This document shows positions 61,579 to 64,000 of a stretch of 64,000 bases of DNA, in pieces. Each line of letters begins with the position of its first letter. The first letter of the stretch is position 1. The translations under genes and the position numbers were made by a program. Under the pieces are notes generated by a model that had not been told where the DNA came from, searched no databases, and was given only the letters and a program-made list of their open reading frames with translations. This stretch comes from a bacterium (GTDB lineage Bacteria > Bdellovibrionota_C > UBA2361 > OMII01), in the NCBI GenBank assembly GCA_017853915.1, contig JAFMIS010000001.1:2010-66009 (forward strand), given 5' to 3'.

Positions 61579-62586
61579 CTAGTACGAGATCTTCATCTTC
61601 GATAGTTTTTGCGAGGTTACGCGACCAAACTGATCCCGCAGAGAAACAGTTACGGTGACTTCTTTAAAAGAGTCTGTCGGTAGCGGTACGAACTCTCCGA
61701 TGTAGTGGCCCGGCGCTCGCTCAACGAGGGGAACACCTTGAGCCACTGTTCCAACGTCAAAGCTCGCAGTCTGGGCCGGAGAGCCGAACGCGACAACGAT
61801 AAGCTTGTCGCCCTTTTTCATGCGGCCGGAGGGTGAGTCATGCGCGGAGGCAAGAATGAAGGGTGCTGGAGAGGACAAGAATTCGGGGCGCGAGCGGTTT
61901 GAGAGAGGCTCTATAGATTTCTCAACGACATTGCGGGCGAGATCCGTGATAATTTCGTTATCGAGTCCTTTAAGAGGCTCAAGCACAAGATTAGAGAAGC
62001 CAGTTGGGCCCTTCGTGATTCCTCGGCTATCCGAATCGCGCGAGTCGATCTCGTAGAGCACTTTATTAGTTCGGGCTGAGACGAGCTTGAGGTTGAGGCC
62101 TACCGTCGCGACAGCCTGAATTCCGTAGTAGCTACGGTCCCACGACGTTACTTTCCCATACAGAACAGCGTCGCACGAGAGGACCTTGGAGCATATCTCC
62201 TGTGGACTGACAGCGAAAACTTTCGAGAGATCCATCTCAACCGGATTGCTTCCAGCTACACCAAATCCCGCGTGAATAAGCTCAGCGGCTACCAGCGCTG
62301 GTGGAATAACATCGAGGGAGGCCTGAGCCAATTCAGATTGCACCAGGTTTTGTACGAATTGAGCTGGGGTCTGCTTTAGCTGTGATGATACCAGAGCCAC
62401 ATTGTCGATCAGCAGATTCTCGTCTGTGCGTGTGAGTTGTCCAGAGGAGTCGACCTGCGCAAAAGGCAGAACCGCGATCCGAATTGGCTCTGAGGGGTTA
62501 AACGCGATATTGGCCTTGTAGGTGCCCGCGCAACCAACGAGCAGAAGGCTTACCACGAGGGCGAGCGGTAGTGGGAGGTTCTTCAT
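61579..62586 (-). CDS. lipoprotein, DUF799/GNA1162-like N-terminal domain plus a C-terminal beta-rich domain
   Basis: Lipobox LLVGC; IRIAVLPFAQVDSSG resembles the ILVLPP.N.S start of DUF799 lipoproteins. 335 aa. The family assignment is tentative. Confidence 0.5.
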   Translation of the reverse strand: MKNLPLPLALVVSLLLVGCAGTYKANIAFNPSEPIRIAVLPFAQVDSSGQLTRTDENLLIDNVALVSSQLKQTPAQFVQNLVQSELAQASLDVIPPALVAAELIHAGFGVAGSNPVEMDLSKVFAVSPQEICSKVLSCDAVLYGKVTSWDRSYYGIQAVATVGLNLKLVSARTNKVLYEIDSRDSDSRGITKGPTGFSNLVLEPLKGLDNEIITDLARNVVEKSIEPLSNRSRPEFLSSPAPFILASAHDSPSGRMKKGDKLIVVAFGSPAQTASFDVGTVAQGVPLVERAPGHYIGEFVPLPTDSFKEVTVTVSLRDQFGRVTSQKLSKMKISY

Positions 62587-62597
62587 AAAAATCCTTG

Positions 62598-63839
62598 TTA
62601 TCGCGTACTCGTGTTTTGTGTTGGTATCTGCACTGGAAGGGAGGGAATCCCACCTGATCCAACCGCAACAACGTGAATAGGTCCCGGTGCTCCGGTAATC
62701 GTAGTCGAGGAGGAAGCGGCCTCACGCCATTTTTCAAAGGGGCCCGCCTCGGATGTGGCGGTATACAGCACCAGCTTCTCCGCTTTGCATGCTTTAATGG
62801 TCTCACTACAGCCAGCCTGCACCCGGGATACATCTTGGCCAACGAGGGCGCATCGAATTGCTATGTGATCGGGGGAGCTCTGTACGCGCTCTTCCAGAGC
62901 GCACGGAGAGCGAGCGGGTAGTGTCAGCTCCCTTCGCTCTGAGTTACCGAACACGGAGCGGAGCTCAACCGTCGCTGGAGTTCCAGCAGTAGAGGCGACC
63001 AGCGCCGAGAACGCTGAACAGTATGAGCCGGGAGAAGTTTCTCGTAGGGTTGTCTGATTACTTCCGATGAGGAGAGAAGCAAAAGAATGAGGGGTGCCCT
63101 TAAGGCAGACCGTATAGCTCGTCGGGCTATTCCATTCCGCGGTCGCGGATTGCAGAGCAAGCTCAAGACCCTCTCGTTGAGCCATCGCGGTCGTCTGAAC
63201 AGGAGCAGGTAGTTGCTCAACAACCGACTTAGCGAACTCAGAGGCTAGTTCCTGATATGCCGCGTCTCCAGAGTTGTTAACTTGAGAAATTATGCCTTGA
63301 AATATCTGACCTGAATTGAAGAGGAGGCCACCTTTTTCCGACTGTGTATAGTCTACCGCAATCAGCTCGGTGCCATGTGGATCCAGGAGCGATAGCGTGC
63401 CAGAGAGTTGGTTATAGTAACCGGCAACGAAGTTGTTTTTCGAAAAGGAGTTGATCGAGAGTGTGGCAAACGCCTCCACAAGGTACTGCGATCGCAATCG
63501 CGCGCGCTCAGGGCACGCTGGTGATGAGCACACGCTCTTTACGATCTTTTCCTCTGCGACGATAAAGTTGTGATTTCTCAGCTCGCTTACGATCTCTCCT
63601 CGTACGAGGTCGATCCGTTCGCGAGGAATATCAAGCGAATAATCAGCGGGGAGAAGCGCGATATGGGCCGGAAGAGAAGAACCGGCGGGCAAGCGCGAAG
63701 TTACCTTGGGGCTGCACGCTGATGCGAAACAGAGCAGCGCGACGAGGGGCGCGAGGAGACAGTCGCTGCGGAGAGTGCGGAGAAATTGTAAGGGGCGGAA
63801 GTTCATGACATCTCCTGTAGTATCTAGGCAGCGATCCAC
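62598..63839 (-). CDS. lipoprotein paralogous to the downstream DUF799-like protein, with a Cys-rich C-terminal region
   Basis: Lipobox CFASAC. The N-terminal domain (IALLPADYSLDIP...IVAEEKIV) resembles the neighbour. The probable true start is the Met at about 63806 (MNFRPLQF). 413 aa. Confidence 0.5.
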   Translation of the reverse strand: MDRCLDTTGDVMNFRPLQFLRTLRSDCLLAPLVALLCFASACSPKVTSRLPAGSSLPAHIALLPADYSLDIPRERIDLVRGEIVSELRNHNFIVAEEKIVKSVCSSPACPERARLRSQYLVEAFATLSINSFSKNNFVAGYYNQLSGTLSLLDPHGTELIAVDYTQSEKGGLLFNSGQIFQGIISQVNNSGDAAYQELASEFAKSVVEQLPAPVQTTAMAQREGLELALQSATAEWNSPTSYTVCLKGTPHSFASLLIGSNQTTLRETSPGSYCSAFSALVASTAGTPATVELRSVFGNSERRELTLPARSPCALEERVQSSPDHIAIRCALVGQDVSRVQAGCSETIKACKAEKLVLYTATSEAGPFEKWREAASSSTTITGAPGPIHVVAVGSGGIPSLPVQIPTQNTSTR

Positions 63840-63844
63840 CGGCG

Positions 63845-64000
63845 TTATTTCACAATGATTGAGCCTAGTAGTCCTTGCGGAGACCCTTTCACACCGAAGA
63901 CGGTAAATGAATATGACCCCGCATCGTGAAAGCAGGTGGTGGCGAAATCTTTCGGCGCAATGGGTTTGATTGAACGCACCATGCCGTTTTCATTGATCTT
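63845..64000 (-). CDS. C-terminal 51 codons of an upstream gene (unknown; ends ...TTCFHDAGSYSFTVFGVKGSPQGLLGSIIVK)
   Basis: The reading frame is open from the window edge to TAA at 63845-63847 on the minus strand, co-directional with the lipoprotein operon. Confidence 0.4.
   Translation of the reverse strand, partial: KINENGMVRSIKPIAPKDFATTCFHDAGSYSFTVFGVKGSPQGLLGSIIVK

Overview
This window reads as origin-proximal core chromosome of a Gram-negative bacterium. The Gram-negative call rests on the Mla lipid-transport operon; the lineage guess, from a bactofilin next to parAB, is Myxococcota- or Bdellovibrionota-like. The origin-proximal call rests on dnaA-dnaN-recF-gyrB on the minus strand, two dense DnaA-box clusters and parAB with a parS array.

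Main blocks:
- A split F1Fo ATP synthase: atpF'-F-H-A-G-D at 1-5024 (-) and atpB-atpE at 46116-47218 (+), on either side of the origin region.
- prfB with its classic +1 programmed frameshift.
- A phoH / 7TM-HD / ybeY operon.
- A MoxR / DUF58 / VWA / VWA (Bat-like) operon, preceded by a 701-aa extremely low-complexity membrane-anchored protein.
- The mlaEFDC operon.
- Housekeeping genes: uvrD/pcrA, rlmE, rnhA, trxB, mnmG, glmU, icd, mltG, ruvX, cinA.

I found no transposases, integrases, CRISPR arrays, tRNAs or rRNAs. The window is mostly core genome. The candidates for anything new are:
- the disordered protein upstream of the Bat-like operon;
- a nucleoside 2-deoxyribosyltransferase (NDT)/Rcl-like + ribokinase + 91-aa low-GC ORF cluster;
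- a possibly Lys-less AOS-family pseudoenzyme;
- two unannotated small ORFs with good ribosome-binding sites;
- a clusterless, NUDIX-less MutY-like glycosylase;
- a TlpA + paralogous-lipoprotein operon at the 3' end.
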